Positions 14,381 through 27,300 of a DNA stretch of 64,000 bases are shown in pieces. Numbering within the stretch: position 1 is the stretch's first letter; every line of letters starts with the position of its first letter. The notes below the pieces were generated by a model, which saw only the letters and a list, made by a program, of their open reading frames with translations, did not search any database and was not told where the DNA came from. Both the position numbers and the translations under genes were made by a program. Source of the DNA: Eledone cirrhosa (Eukaryota); assembly GCA_964016885.1 (NCBI GenBank), contig OZ024745.1, forward strand, positions 39,246,001 to 39,310,000. Direction: 5' to 3'.

Positions 14381-17300
14381 CGTGGCCTGGGGTCGTCATG
14401 GAAGCAGGGCCAGCTGCTCAGCGACCTTAGGTCACTAAACATAGATGTGGTAGCCATCAGCGAGACAAGAATCTCCGAAGCACGGGCCTTCGCACCGATC
14501 TTCGGCGGCTACGATGTGTACGCATCTCCCAGCCATCCTGGACTGGGTGGAGGAGTTGCTGTACTTTTTCGGAGAGGTTTGGCTCTCGCCCTAGTGGCCA
14601 TCATCCTGGACCTAGAAGGTAAGTTGGTGGTGCTGCACGTGAACAGCGGAGACGGGAAAGCTTTCAGGCAAGTGGCCGTCTATGCGCCAACAGGAGCAGG
14701 GCTGCCTGATTTCTTCCAGCCTCTGGAAACGTTTCTTGGAACGTCCCGCTCTTTAGTGTCAGTGGGTGCCTGGAACGGTATCTTAGATGCACGCTGGGAC
14801 TGTGTGGGATTAGCGGATAAGGGAGGAGGGTGTAAAAGCCTTTCAAACCTGCTCAGAAGGTTTCAACTGTCTGACATGTACCGTCTGGATTTCCCGAATG
14901 TGCCAATGTGGACATCAACAAATCGCATCAGGTCATCCAGATCATATATAGATAGAGTATTTTGTAGCGAAATAGATAGGACTAACATAGGCTGTCCACA
15001 TTTCAAAATAGTCAACTACACAGACGACAATTTTGTGATCTGTGAGGTGGACTTAGATAGGCTTCATAGACAGCGACCAGGCTACTAGAAGCTAAACACG
15101 TCATTAACAGCGCGCAAGGCCTACATAGACCCGATTAGCGAACTAGTTAAGCGGGCATTGGCGGGGGCCATCGTCAACAAGAATGGTGGTTTGCTCTGAA
15201 AAGAGCGATTAGAATAGAGTCCATTAGGTTTAGTAAGGCTTTAGCAATAGAGAAAAATAGAGCAGAGGGAGAATTAGTTAGAAAATTAGACGAGGCGCTT
15301 AGTAAAGGCATCGCGACCGACGTACTTGCGGCGAAATTGGCCCTTGAACAATTCTTCAATGCAAAGCACGAAGGCTGCGTTGTAAGAGCTAGGGTACGTG
15401 CAATCAGACACGAGGGTCAGAAGCCGTTCAATGGGCCCGAGTGGCAGAGGCGCGTCGTTGCAACAAAGCCACGATCCGGTCTTTGGTGGACTAGGACGCG
15501 CGCATGCTACACTATCCCGGGAAAATGTGTGAAGCTTTTAAGCAACACTTTGCCCAGCTGTTCGGGGGCAGCGGCGCACCGGATCGAGGGATGTATATTA
15601 GTGCATACCTCGACGGACTACCGCGGCTCTAGCCGACTGAGGCGGAGTGTTGCAAAAAGCCGAAAACAGCCGCTGAAGAATGGGAGGCAATGGCTGGCTG
15701 CACAAGGGGTAAATCGCCTGGTTTGGATGGTCTGCCCTATGAAATTTATGTACAGATACCAGACTTGTCGGAGGCCTCTTGGCGGACTTCTACTGCAACT
15801 GGCAACAGACCGGGAGAGTTACCAGCTCTGTGAGCCGATGAGTGTTGGTGCTGTTGAGAAAGGGTCGGAACAAGGGGGATAACATAGATAGGTTTAGGCA
15901 CATAACTCTTCTAAACACAGAGTTCAAGATTTCAGCCAAGGTTCTAGCAAAGAGGTTGGGGCTTTTCGTTGGTGGTCTCGTGGGAGAGGCGCAGACATGC
16001 GCCATTCCAAACAGATCCATCCACGAATAATCTCCACCTCATGCGATACATCGTGGAGAGGGTAGCTAGGTAACCTAGCACAGGTGGGTCCTTGATCAAT
16101 TTAGATCAGTCGAAAGTTTTCAATAAGGTCGACCATCGTTATCTGGCGGTAGTGTGAGGCGGCAGGGTTTCGGCCCGTCCTCAGATCAGAGGCTGGATCG
16201 CTACCATGCACAGCGACATCTGCTTTGTTGTGAGAGTGAACAGTCACCTTTCGGAACCGTTCAACATCATGCGCTCGGTCCGCCAAGGAAGTCCACTCTC
16301 GTCCCTCTTGTACGTATTGACTCTTGAGCCATTACTGCACTAATTGGAGACGTTGAGGCGGTCCTGCGCGAACTAGAATGCGGAAGATCCGTGTCAGCAT
16401 ATGCGGACGATGTCACTGTAGTGGTGTCGAACGCCAAACACATCGAGGCGATCGGCACTACACTAAGAGAATACGAAGCGGTGACAGGAGCAATGATCAA
16501 CCAGGAAAAATCGGTGGACCTGCAGCTCAGCACCTGGAGAGGCAGGTCCATGCCGTCCATCAGCGTCGTCGGGCGCTGGTCGGACGTACCTATTAAATTT
16601 CTAGGGGTCTGGTTCGGTCCGGACCTCCAGACGGACAAAAACTGGGAGGGGGTGACGAGTAGGGTGGGTTCGCTCACCTTCAAATGGGCAGAGAGGAAGC
16701 TGAAAGGTCGAGCGGAGGTGGCGAATGCGTACATCGCGTCCGTCATCTACTACCCCCTGCCCGTCGTGCCTTGTCCTAAGCCTCGTCTGCCTGCGTTGGA
16801 GCGTTTCATCCTTCCCTTTTTGTGTAAGGGACACGCTCCGATGGGTAGGGGGTCCATCTGATGTCAACACCCGCTACGTGGAGGGCTGGGCAAGCCGTGG
16901 CTGATGATGCGCAGACACGCGCTCAGGATACGACATCTCCACCATTTCCTCGACGGTGATCAGCTCTAGTCGCCGTTTGCTAGACGCGTCTTTTCCAAGC
17001 TCGTCTCCTTGACGGAGCTGCAGTCCTGGGTCAAGCGAAGACCGAGAGGGAACGCTTGGAGACTGAAATGTCTTCAGGCGCTCACGGCCCTCGACCAGTC
17101 GGGCAATGTGATCGGTGGAAACTCCACCTTGGCGTTCTATAGAGGATTAGTGGAGGGGAAGTGCGACGATGTACTTGGGGAAACTCTAGGCGTCGACGAA
17201 AATCAACTATCGAATCTCTTCGGAAGAACTTTCGGGCCTGGGTCTATGGACAATTTCCAGAAATCCCTGGCCTGACAGTGCTACCGAGGAGCTTTGCCAG

Positions 17301-17723
17301 TTCGGGATAAACACTGCAGGCATGGAGGTGCCGTCAGCCGGCCATGTCCGAGATGCGCGTAGGGAGAAGAAACCGTCCAGTGTCCGTGCATTGCTGACTT
17401 GTGGGTTTATGTCGAAAACCTGCTACCTGCTATCAGCTGAGGCCATCGTGAGGATTGCCCCGCCCTCTTCCTTTAGCCGGGAAGGGCAGGCAGTTTTTTA
17501 TCTGTCTGGTGGCCAATGCAAAAGAGATAGTATGGTAGACGCGTCTGAAAAGGCTGAAGACGGCACATACCTCTTCGGTGATGCCCTGATTAACTTTTTC
17601 AAATTTTATTTGAAAAGGAAAATCGGGGTAGAGAGGGAACTGTTCTCTTCCCGGCATTTTGTTGAAAGATGGGTGAGAGAGGCAAGAATGGCCCGAGTGA
17701 ATGAGTATATGCCTGTAAACTGA
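14380..17723 (+). pseudogene. Tx1 ORF2 (APE endonuclease-reverse transcriptase), disrupted
   Basis: Six or more ORF fragments collinear with the intact 1145-aa ORF2 at 49363-52800. Confidence 0.92.
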
Positions 17724-17953
17724 AGGTGGTCTGGTGTGAGAGGCGCTAACGTGGCTTTTTTAATGGGCTTTCTCCACGATAGCCTATTGCGTAATTTTTC
17801 ATTGTCTTTTTTTGTTACATCCTCTGTTTTTTGTTTCTTTTAAACGCAGAAATGCCCATTTGCGCCTCCTGTATTATCCTGCACTGTCCTTCATGTCTAC
17901 TTTGTTTAAACCCTTGTGGTTAATAAAGAAAGTATTATCATTATTGTTATTAC

Positions 17954-19373
17954 TCTTTGAGTCTCAGTCATTGATGTTAGTTAACTGGAAAGTTTGTTGA
18001 AATGAATAACAAGCCACTACCTGCAGCCTCATATTCAGGACGTATCGGAGGGTTCTCAGAATGTGGTAAATTGTTTACTTTGCATAGGTACCAGTGGATC
18101 ACCTTGCCCATCACATCATGTCTCCAGCCCTTATAGTGAGTCTGGGCTAGGTGTTTACACTCGGATACAGTGTGAGCCACAGTCTCCTCTCTCTCTCCAC
18201 AGATCCTGCACAGTGGGCTAGCCTCCTCCTTGTAAATGTCGTGTTTCAACCACTTCGTTTTGAGGGCCTGCTCCTGCGCAGCCATTAACATTCCTTCTGT
18301 AGCGTTTTTAAGGTCTCCTCTTTTCAAGCAGTTCCATGTCTCTGGATCTCTAAATTCAGTTTTCTCAAAGAAGGTACTATGAAGGGATTTTTCTTGAAGG
18401 CTGCTCTTTCTCCTTGATGTTATTTCTTCCTTGGACATGCCCTGGCCTATTGTCCCCTCCTTCAGTACAGTTCTGAGCATTGGCTCCTTACTATCAGTCA
18501 CGTATTTGTGTAGGTTGTTTTTCTCCATCTGAACACAGTCCTCTATGATGATAAGATCTCTTCCACCTTCAGATATCCTTAAGTAGAGTCTATCGACATC
18601 ACTCCTCTTGTGGAACATATTGTAGATAGTCAATAGCTTCCTAGTCTTCCTATCCATTTCTTTTTTTTCAGCAACATTCCATATCAGAATTCCCGCACTG
18701 TACCTAATAATAGACACACCTCGGGAATTTACTGCACTTATGGCATTACTACTGTTCAGATGTGACTTTAATACGCTCCTTACTCTCCGAAGGTATTCAG
18801 TTCTTATCAATTCCTTCATTTTTTTGTACTTCATGTTATCAGCGTCCAGAACGCCCAAATACTTGTATCCTTCCTCAGAGTCAATTTCCTTTATCATCTC
18901 ACCTATTGGTATCTGGATTCCGTTACTTCTGCTCAACTTACCCCTCCTCATCGCAATGACTCCAGACTTACTAATACCAAATTGCATACATATATCACTG
19001 CTGAAAATACGGACAGTGTCAACAAACACATCCAACTCCTTCTCACTCTTCCCGAAGAGCTTAAGATCGTCCATGAAGAGGAGGTGATTGATGGTAAGCC
19101 CTCCCTTTCCCAACCTGTATCCTGCTCTCACTTTTCGCAGTACACTGGTCAGGGGCATCAGGGCAAGGACAAACAACAGAGGGGACAGACTATCTCCCTG
19201 GAAGATACCTCTCTTGATCTTCACGCTTCCCAAGGATTCTCCAGTTGATGTTAACTCTGTTTCCAGGACTTCATACTTTTGCCCAACAACTGTCTGATGT
19301 TATCTGCCACCTTGAAGATCTCCGGGCTTTTGGTGATCCAAGAATGAGGCACCATGTCAAATGCCATTTTTGT
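17954..19373 (-). mobile_element. R4/Dong family A, 5'-truncated, RLE core deleted
   Basis: 418-aa ORF 17977-19233 with GIFQGDSLSP, LFMDDLK, YKYLG, CRICGEREETVAHTVSEC, RHD; lacks about 388 bp relative to the 35119 copy. Confidence 0.95.
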
Positions 19374-19387
19374 ATTATCATTAAAGT

Positions 19388-19459
19388 ATTATTATTATTA
19401 TTATTATTATTAGTATTAGTATTATTATTATTATTATTATTATTAGTAGTAGTAGTAGC

Positions 19460-19505
<46 letters not shown>

Positions 19506-19580
19506 GCAGCAGAGCAGCATCAGTATTAGTAGTAGTAGTAGTAGTAGTAGTAGTAATAGTTGTAGTAGTAGTAGTAGCAG
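19388..19580. repeat. Compound (ATT)n-(AGT)n microsatellite
   Basis: Seen directly. Confidence 0.95.
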
Positions 19581-19710
19581 GAGCAGCAGTTGTAAAGCCA
19601 CTGTGTGCTTGTGTTGTGATTAAGCTTACTATTTCCATGAGCAAGTTCATATCTAATATGTTGCTATTGGTGATGATGTCGATGCTGATGAGTATCATAT
19701 TACTAATGAT

Positions 19711-19897
19711 AATTGTTTCTACTTTTGGCACAAGGCCAGCAATTAATCCAGTGTATTACTGGTACTTTATTTTATCGACCCCGTAATGATGAAAGGCAAA
19801 GTTAACCTACGCGGGATTTGAACTCAGACCGTAAAGGACCGTAACTCTATGCAAAGCATGGTGTCCGAATCTCTACCGATGCTTCCAATCTACTGCC
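19711..19897 (-). mobile_element. MetaSINE, full length
   Basis: tRNA-like head with B box GAGTTCAAATCC, Meta core and GTAGAAACAATT tail on the minus strand. Confidence 0.9.
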
Positions 19898-19919
19898 ATT
19901 ATTACGCAAATCCGCCATT

Positions 19920-20110
19920 GGTAGTGTATTGGCAGTATCGGTAGAAGATCGTACGCCATGCTTTGACGCATAGAGTTACGGCCCTTGCTATTCTGAGTTC
20001 AAATGCCGCCGAGGTTAACTTTCCATTTCATCCTTACAGGGTCGATAAAATAAAGTACCAGTAATGCACTGGGGGTATTTCTGGCCTTGTGACAAAATTA
20101 GAAACAACTA
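19920..20110 (+). mobile_element. MetaSINE, full length
   Basis: A box TGGCAGTATCGG, B box GAGTTCAAATGC, Meta core, tail. Confidence 0.9.
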
Positions 20111-20120
20111 TTAATATGAT

Positions 20121-20205
20121 CCTTTCATCCTTACGGGGTCGATAAAATAAAGTACCAGTAATGTACTGAGATAATTGTTGGCCTTGTGGCAAAAGTAGAA
20201 ACAAT
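20121..20205 (+). mobile_element. MetaSINE 3' half
   Basis: CCTTTCATCCTTACGGGGTCGATAAA...GTAGAAACAATC. Confidence 0.88.
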
Positions 20206-20221
20206 CATTACTAATGATAAG

Positions 20222-20427
20222 TGTTTCTTAATTAGGCACAAGGCCAGCAATTATCCAGTGCATTACTGGTACTTTATTTTATCGACCCCGTAAGGATGAA
20301 AGGCAAAGTCAACCTCGGCGGGATTTGAACTCAGATCGTAAAGGGATGTAACTATGCTGGAAAGCATTGCGTTCGACCCCTCTACCGTTACTGTCAATCC
20401 ACCGCCCATACTGCCAATCCACCGCCC
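20222..20427 (-). mobile_element. MetaSINE, full length, with duplicated first ~20 nt
   Basis: Reverse complement of the family; TACTG(T/C)CAATCCACCGCCC occurs twice at 20389-20427. Confidence 0.9.
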
Positions 20428-20514
20428 TAATGATAATGCCAGTTCTTATGGTGTTGGGAATGTTGACGCTGTTGAAGACGCTGTTGAGGTTCTATATTAC
20501 GAATTATTTCCCAG

Positions 20515-20662
20515 TTCCAATTTTGAACACAAGCCTAGCAGTTTAGGTCAAATATATAAATCAATTACATAGAACCCAGTATTTGACTGGTGTCTCATAT
20601 TTTTGAAGGATGTACGATCGGAGGCAAAGCACAAATGGATAGGATTTGAAGTTAGAAAGTAG
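20515..20662 (-). mobile_element. Older degenerate MetaSINE-related copy
   Basis: Residual CACAAGCCTAGCA..CCCAGT..ACTGGT..AAGGATG..AGGCAAAG..GGATTTGAA collinear with the family. Confidence 0.55.
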
Positions 20663-20744
20663 ATTTTACCTAAATTTCAATAATACTGCCGGTCAACAGA
20701 CACTAGGAAGAGGTTAATGGAAATAATATTACTTGAACTATCTT

Positions 20745-20933
20745 GGTGGTGGATTGGCAGTATCGGTAGCGGGTCGGACGCCATGCTGCCATGCATAGAG
20801 TTACGGCTCTTGCTATTCTGAGTTCAAATCCCGCCGAGGTTAACTTTGCCTTTCATCCTTACGGAGTCGGTAAACTAAAGGACCAATAATGCACTGGGTA
20901 ATTGTTGGCCTTGTGCCAAAAGTAGAAACAATT
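20745..20933 (+). mobile_element. MetaSINE, full length
   Basis: A box TGGCAGTATCGG, B box GAGTTCAAATCC, Meta core, tail. Confidence 0.9.
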
Positions 20934-21293
20934 AATATTTATTGTGGCTCACTCAGACATGTCTACCGTAATACAGATAGCCTCCTGCATTAGCTAAGCT
21001 GATGACAGGAAACTCGCACAGGCAGTCAAGGAGAACGCTACGCAATTTAATGCCGGAAAATGTCACTCACTCCGCTATCCACTCGCCAAAAAAATGTCAC
21101 TACAGTAAAGCTATACAGGATAATGGGGATTCGAAATCCCCGAGTCGATATCACTATGGGATCTCGGTATCGGCACTAACAATGCTGCATATTTTCATGC
21201 ACACAAAACCAACATGACGGCATTCATTGGAGGAACGACTGGTAGGTTATTCTCAAACTGTGATTACCCCCGACGCCACTCTTGCTCCTACAT

Positions 21294-21328
<35 letters not shown>

Positions 21329-24300
21329 GTGCAGGCATACGCATACCGTTACATATGTTTAATATATTTAACACAGCTGCCTCCAATATCCTTTTTCAGG
21401 AATAACTAATAATTCATTACTTATTTGTTATGTTTTGTCTGAAACCATTTTATTAGCAATATTATCAAAAGTGCTAAACCTGAATTGAACCACGTTACCC
21501 AAATATATAATCATTTGAAGTACTCTACACTGATTGGTTTTCAAAAGAATGTTGTCGAATAGTTCCCATGTGATCAGTCTTTCATGCATCTTTATATTTC
21601 ACATGAAGGCCACGTGATTATCATTTATCTCATAAATACTTTCATCGTCGTCATATCCGATACATCTATATGGTTTATTATTCGTTTCTGGATCATGTGA
21701 TTTCAATCCTTCTCAGGGATCTTTCAATCTGTCACCTACAACATATCCCTTCTGACAGAGATTCAATCTCTAAATATCTGTGACAAGATAGCATGCATGC
21801 GCTGCGTTTACATAAGCTACTTCCTATCGAAATAGATCAATATTTGCTTTAACATTAATCGTCAGATTCAGTATGTGTATATTTATATATATATATATAT
21901 ATAAGTAATGAAGGGGATACTGTAAACCGAATCTTTATATCAATGGATGAAGGAAATATGAGATCCAAAGTAGCAAGCAAACCAGATTATATTAGCGTTT
22001 AAAATCATTCAAATCGTACGACCACACCAATCTCGAGATGTTAAGGAAATGTCAATAAAAAAATAACAATGTTCATCTTCATGGAGACCCCAATTTCTAG
22101 CATTACAAACTGTATTATTTAACAATCAACATCCACAAATGTTTACATAGTTTTACCCATATGGTCTTTCCGTAATTCACCTAAGCACTATTTAAGCACA
22201 CATCCGTAATAAAGAGAAGTTTGACACACATAGGCCTCAAATCACGAACACGCCTGTCACATGCTCAATCTTATATTTTCTCCTCACTCTGTTTGTACTC
22301 ACTTTTCCCAGCTATTTTCCGAAAGGAGAATGTTTTACACTCAGAAGTTCATGTTTTTGTCATTTTCTTTCCACAAGACAATTTGTATGACCGATTTGGC
22401 AATTTAGAATTTGTCTGACATATCATGAAACATTTGGTTGCTATGAATTTCTGTTTGTACTAATATATATTAGGAAGATGAAATCATAAATTTAACTGAA
22501 GTTACATAAAGTTTAGTTGACACTTTTTTGTAATTATTGCACTTCCTAATCACCTGTGTCATCAAGAGTTACAGTTATTTAAAAGGGCTACTAATGTATA
22601 TGTTCTGAAGGAATCCAATTAGATATCCTTGAACTTTTGCTTAAGCATGTATGAATGACATTTAGCAATTTTACCAGCTTAAGTGATGTTTGGGTGAGAT
22701 TGCTTGAGAACTTAAGAGATAGGTGTTCATAGATACATTTTCTTTTTATTGCTATTAAAGGAATCTAAGACATTTAATACAATTTTAACCATCTCCTCTA
22801 TTGATACGATTGTATTAAACACTAATTGAATGTGTTGTCTACGTAATAATCTATTTAATAAATATATATATAATGCATCTAGTTTCATTTCTTAGGCCCC
22901 TTTTCTAATTAACTTTATATATTTATGCATGGAAACATTTTATATATCGAAGAAATAAAAAGAAACTTATGATATATTACATTGTATCACTTTGAATCAC
23001 CCCCAGAAACACTTATTTGGTTTAATCCTCTGAAACAAGCAAGATATCATGAGTGCTTCTTTCGTTATCCATACCATATAGAGATAAATGAAATGCAGTT
23101 TTGTACCTGTGGAAATGTGAATTTAACGCCACGATATCGAGTGGAAATACTGCGATTCTACTTGTCCACGAGTATGTTTTCCATAAACGATGATGCAACA
23201 AATTAATTAAAGCATTCAACGTTATGCAAAGCATCCATCTTATATATATATTCTTATGTACCATATGTTGAGTAAACACACTAATTAGTGAACGAGTATT
23301 CAATTAGTTTTCAGCACTCGACATCATCTGTATGCTTGCAAATACAATTTATCATTCAATGTAGAATTGCGTATGCCGAATACAGATATTCATAATTCAT
23401 TTATTCTTAATCAGTCGTGATATATATTTACATGGCTTTCGCGGTTACCTGATGCGGTGTACACCCAACGATTAGATTTGTGTGTCTAATGCAATAACAA
23501 TTATAGAATGGGGAACAAAGTGTCAGTGCTGACTATATTTCACGCTATTTGGAAACATTATCCAACATTCTAAAGACATCGTCTCTGCTTCACTTTTTCC
23601 TTTCTCTGTTTTACGACAGCTTGTATGTTATTATGATCCCACAAGCAATAGTAATATATATTTGCGTTCTCAGTATTATCAATTTCGCACTATTATCAAT
23701 TTCGCCAGCAACAACCATTCAAGAATAAATACATTTTTCAACCATCTCCCATAACCAAGCAGCTGCATGGAATTACTTCCGCCATGTATAGCGTCAAGTA
23801 CGAATCATTCAGGTTAAAATGCACTACATTGTATATACTAAACATTTTAGGAATACATTATTGGCCACGTCATCACTTTCATATATGTGCTTTTAAAAGA
23901 TGCACTTACGTATGTGCATTTATAAATAAACATGTCGGTAGAAAAATGATTATATACGTCTACGTAGACATATATCACTTCAAATTTCTCGGTATACAAT
24001 TTAGCGATAAACAATTACATAAATGTGTAGTTACATCTCAACTTATTTGGGCTTACTTTTTCAAATAATAAGTGCAGGCGGAGGAGGAAATTTCCTCAAT
24101 CCTCCCCTCCTAATATGTGTTTTGCACAGAGCAAAAATTATCTGAAAAGCAATTTCACATGTGTGCCAAATATAATTAAATATTATATATGTTCCTTCTT
24201 TAAAATATAGATTGTACTAATGGACTCTTATAAACCGATAAAAATATAAGTGCGTGTACAAAAAAACAAATAAAAAATATTTATTTATTTCAACGTTGCC

Positions 24301-27300
24301 GTTGTTTCTTTAACTTGAAAATAAAATCAAATGAACAAAAATATCCGGACTATTGTATAAGTAAATATGTATGAACCCTTTGGGAATTCTATCTCAGCCG
24401 AAGCATTAAGTGATCATAATTTGATTAGATTATGTGAAATACAATTATATATGCTTTTAAAAAGTACATTGTTTTTGTTTATTTTATACACTTGTTTATG
24501 TTTCATGGCAACTTATTCGCCGTTGGACGTTTCTTAAGACGAGAACAACTTACAACAAATCGTACAAATACTCTAGTTAGGGTTTGCAAGCTATTTCAGT
24601 ATTTCTGCTTTATAAGGTGAAAGTGTGTGATTCTATTTTTTTTTTATTTCTGTTCATTGTAAGAAATTGAGATAACACAATATTGGTCTTGGAATAATTA
24701 ATGTAAGTTGGAACGTATTCTGTTACAGCTGGCAGCGAATCTGATTCATTGATTATTGCAACATAGCTGGAGCGAGGAATATAGTTCATACATTGAATGT
24801 CCGTAGTGAGTAGCTGATCTGATTTGATTATAAAATGAAAATGAGTTTGACGTGTCATATATTTAGAATCACTTCTACACAGACTATCAGATATAGAAAC
24901 ATGAGATCAGGTAACATTAATGCAGGATTTTCAGGTGATATCCCGTCGCTTAACAGACATTTTTATCCCTTTCTAGTTTCTGTCATTAGTTTACAGTTGA
25001 GTGGTTCTGTTCAGAATGGTAGAATTTACGAAGCATGAAGAGCATGATGGAATCAATGTTACAATTTATCTGTGTATGTTCAAATCGTTAAACAAAGTTT
25101 TTATATTTTATACGTCGTGTTTCTATACGCTGTATGCTCTCACTTTAGTGAAGTCAATCTTTTAGACGTACATTATAAAGAGATATAACTCTGCATCAGC
25201 ATACCCCTTTAATCAACTTCTTTGTTGGTGTTGATAATGGGATTGAAACATGTGCGGAACTGCTATCATGTTCACTAAACGTCGGAGTTATGTTTCCAAT
25301 CACTTCATGTGTGTTTGCAATTTCAAACTTACAATACGACAAGGAAATACCATTTCCAAATTTTAATCGTTACGCATTTGTCCAGAGTTATTTATTTACT
25401 TATTACGAGTATTGTTTTAAAGTTTCGTGTATAATGGAGTGAACAGCTTGGATTTGGATCCTGTTTGGAAGCTTATTTAATCTTCTGATGGCTAACATAA
25501 AAAAAAAGAAAATGAGTTTGTGTGAGGTTAAACAGTTGTCCAGATTCAGCAACTAATTTCACTTCAAATCACATCCAAAAATTAGGAAAGGAACATATAT
25601 ATTGGATAATATAGTCATAGATGAACAATTACAAAAACATAATGAAAGGATACTATATTTGCTGATGAAAATTCGTGGTTTTATTGCATCTCATTCAATA
25701 CCGACATCTGACTAGGCATGTCCATCGGAATAATAAATAAAATGGCTTCATATTAATACTTTTCTTTGTAAAACATCAGAATGTATACATATATTTCGCC
25801 TCTAAATATCATTCCCATGTATATGCACGTTTATATTGCTATGATTTGATAAACACGTAATAGGTATATATTTATCACACTGAGCTAATATCAATTGTTA
25901 TACTAATTAACATGTAGTATTTCAAAGCTATTCCGTAATTGAAATATTATCAACAAGTGAGAAAAGGGGAAACAAGGAAATGGAGAAGAAAATGTTAATT
26001 AAGAAAAGAGGGAAGGCATGGTGCAAACTCCACACCGTTGCCTGAGAAGTTCAAGACAGCTGCAACAGAACAAACAGTGTTATTTGATTCATACGTCATT
26101 CCTACCTCCTAAAAATCGAATGCGCATTTTTCAATGTTGTGGACGAAAGCAGCAGTCCGGTGATTTTTATCGACTCAGGTCTGCATGACAAAAATGAAAT
26201 GGAAGATCAGTTCGCAGTATTTCGTCATATTCTACTATTGTGTCAAGTGCTTCATTATTATGGCCGACGCTATGAGGTTGGAGGCGAAGACACTATCGTA
26301 ACAAGTATTATCTCTTATTTGTGATTCCTTTTATCTTAAGAAGCACCGTTTGTGACGACAAAGCTGCTACTTATATATGATGATAGAAATAATTTAAAAT
26401 AATGATATTCTTAATAACGTTTATTTATTTCACGTCAACTTTCCTTTCATCTGGTATGTTCCCGATACAGCTACGATAATATTAACGAGTATGTAGGTAA
26501 TGGGGTTGAGTTAATTATCTTTTACTTTATCTGGAATTGACTCTTTAATCAGCTCTTAAAACATGCATTTATATATGCAGTATCAATGTTAATACATATG
26601 TGAAATTAAAAAGTGGGTGAAAGAGTGTATATGTATCACTATTCGCTACACGGCAATTTAGTGTAACATTATAAAAAAATGTGATACTAGTGAGTTAAAA
26701 AATATTTGAATACCAGTTAAATGCTAACCGAAAAAATGCATCATTTTACGTTAGGGATTCCAATATAATCACAGCACATTATACCATTTATTTTACTGAG
26801 CGAAAAAATATCCGAAACTGGGTTGAAAATGTCATAGACTAAATAGGAAGAATTGATGCTAGAGCTTTGACATCTTGCATGCATTAATATAAATTCTCCT
26901 TGTTAATAACGGTCTTCATTTTTTTTTTACCTATTAAAATTAAACCTAATGGCCTATGAAGATTTTAAAAGATTCTCTTATTTAACCATTTAGTAAGGTC
27001 ACCGTTATACAGTGCTATGTGTCACATTGCATGCACTTGAACTCCAGTTTAAATCAATATTATGTTATTTAGACTGTGAGGCTGATAAGTCTAATATGTT
27101 AGACTCATTTTAGAACATGATCTATGTTGAGGTATGTCTGCCATTAAACTTGAAATTTGGAAGAGATTACTAATAAATAGGCACACGTTATCTAATTTAA
27201 CATGTTTTGTTTAATACTATCAGTTACTTGACTGAATATCCAGTCACATATATCCATTTCAAATGAGGAACAGATGTCAGGAATCGTGTTTCTTATTAGT

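Larger units (their letters stand above)
12235..17933 (+). mobile_element. Full-length but decayed L1/Tx1 LINE (ATT family)
   Basis: 5'UTR from 12235; ORF1 from 12449 with CVVCGGGTHLKVFC knuckle; ORF2 APE (ISETR, SRSYIDR), RT (SAYADD), C-terminus ERWVREARMARVN; 3' end CCCTTGTGGTTAATAAAGAAAG then ATT repeats; multiple stops/frameshifts and a deletion across the ORF1/ORF2 junction near 14378. Confidence 0.95.

Noticed and set aside
25420-25720. Possible very old SINE relic (also 38975-39020)
   Set aside because: Too degenerate to support without an alignment
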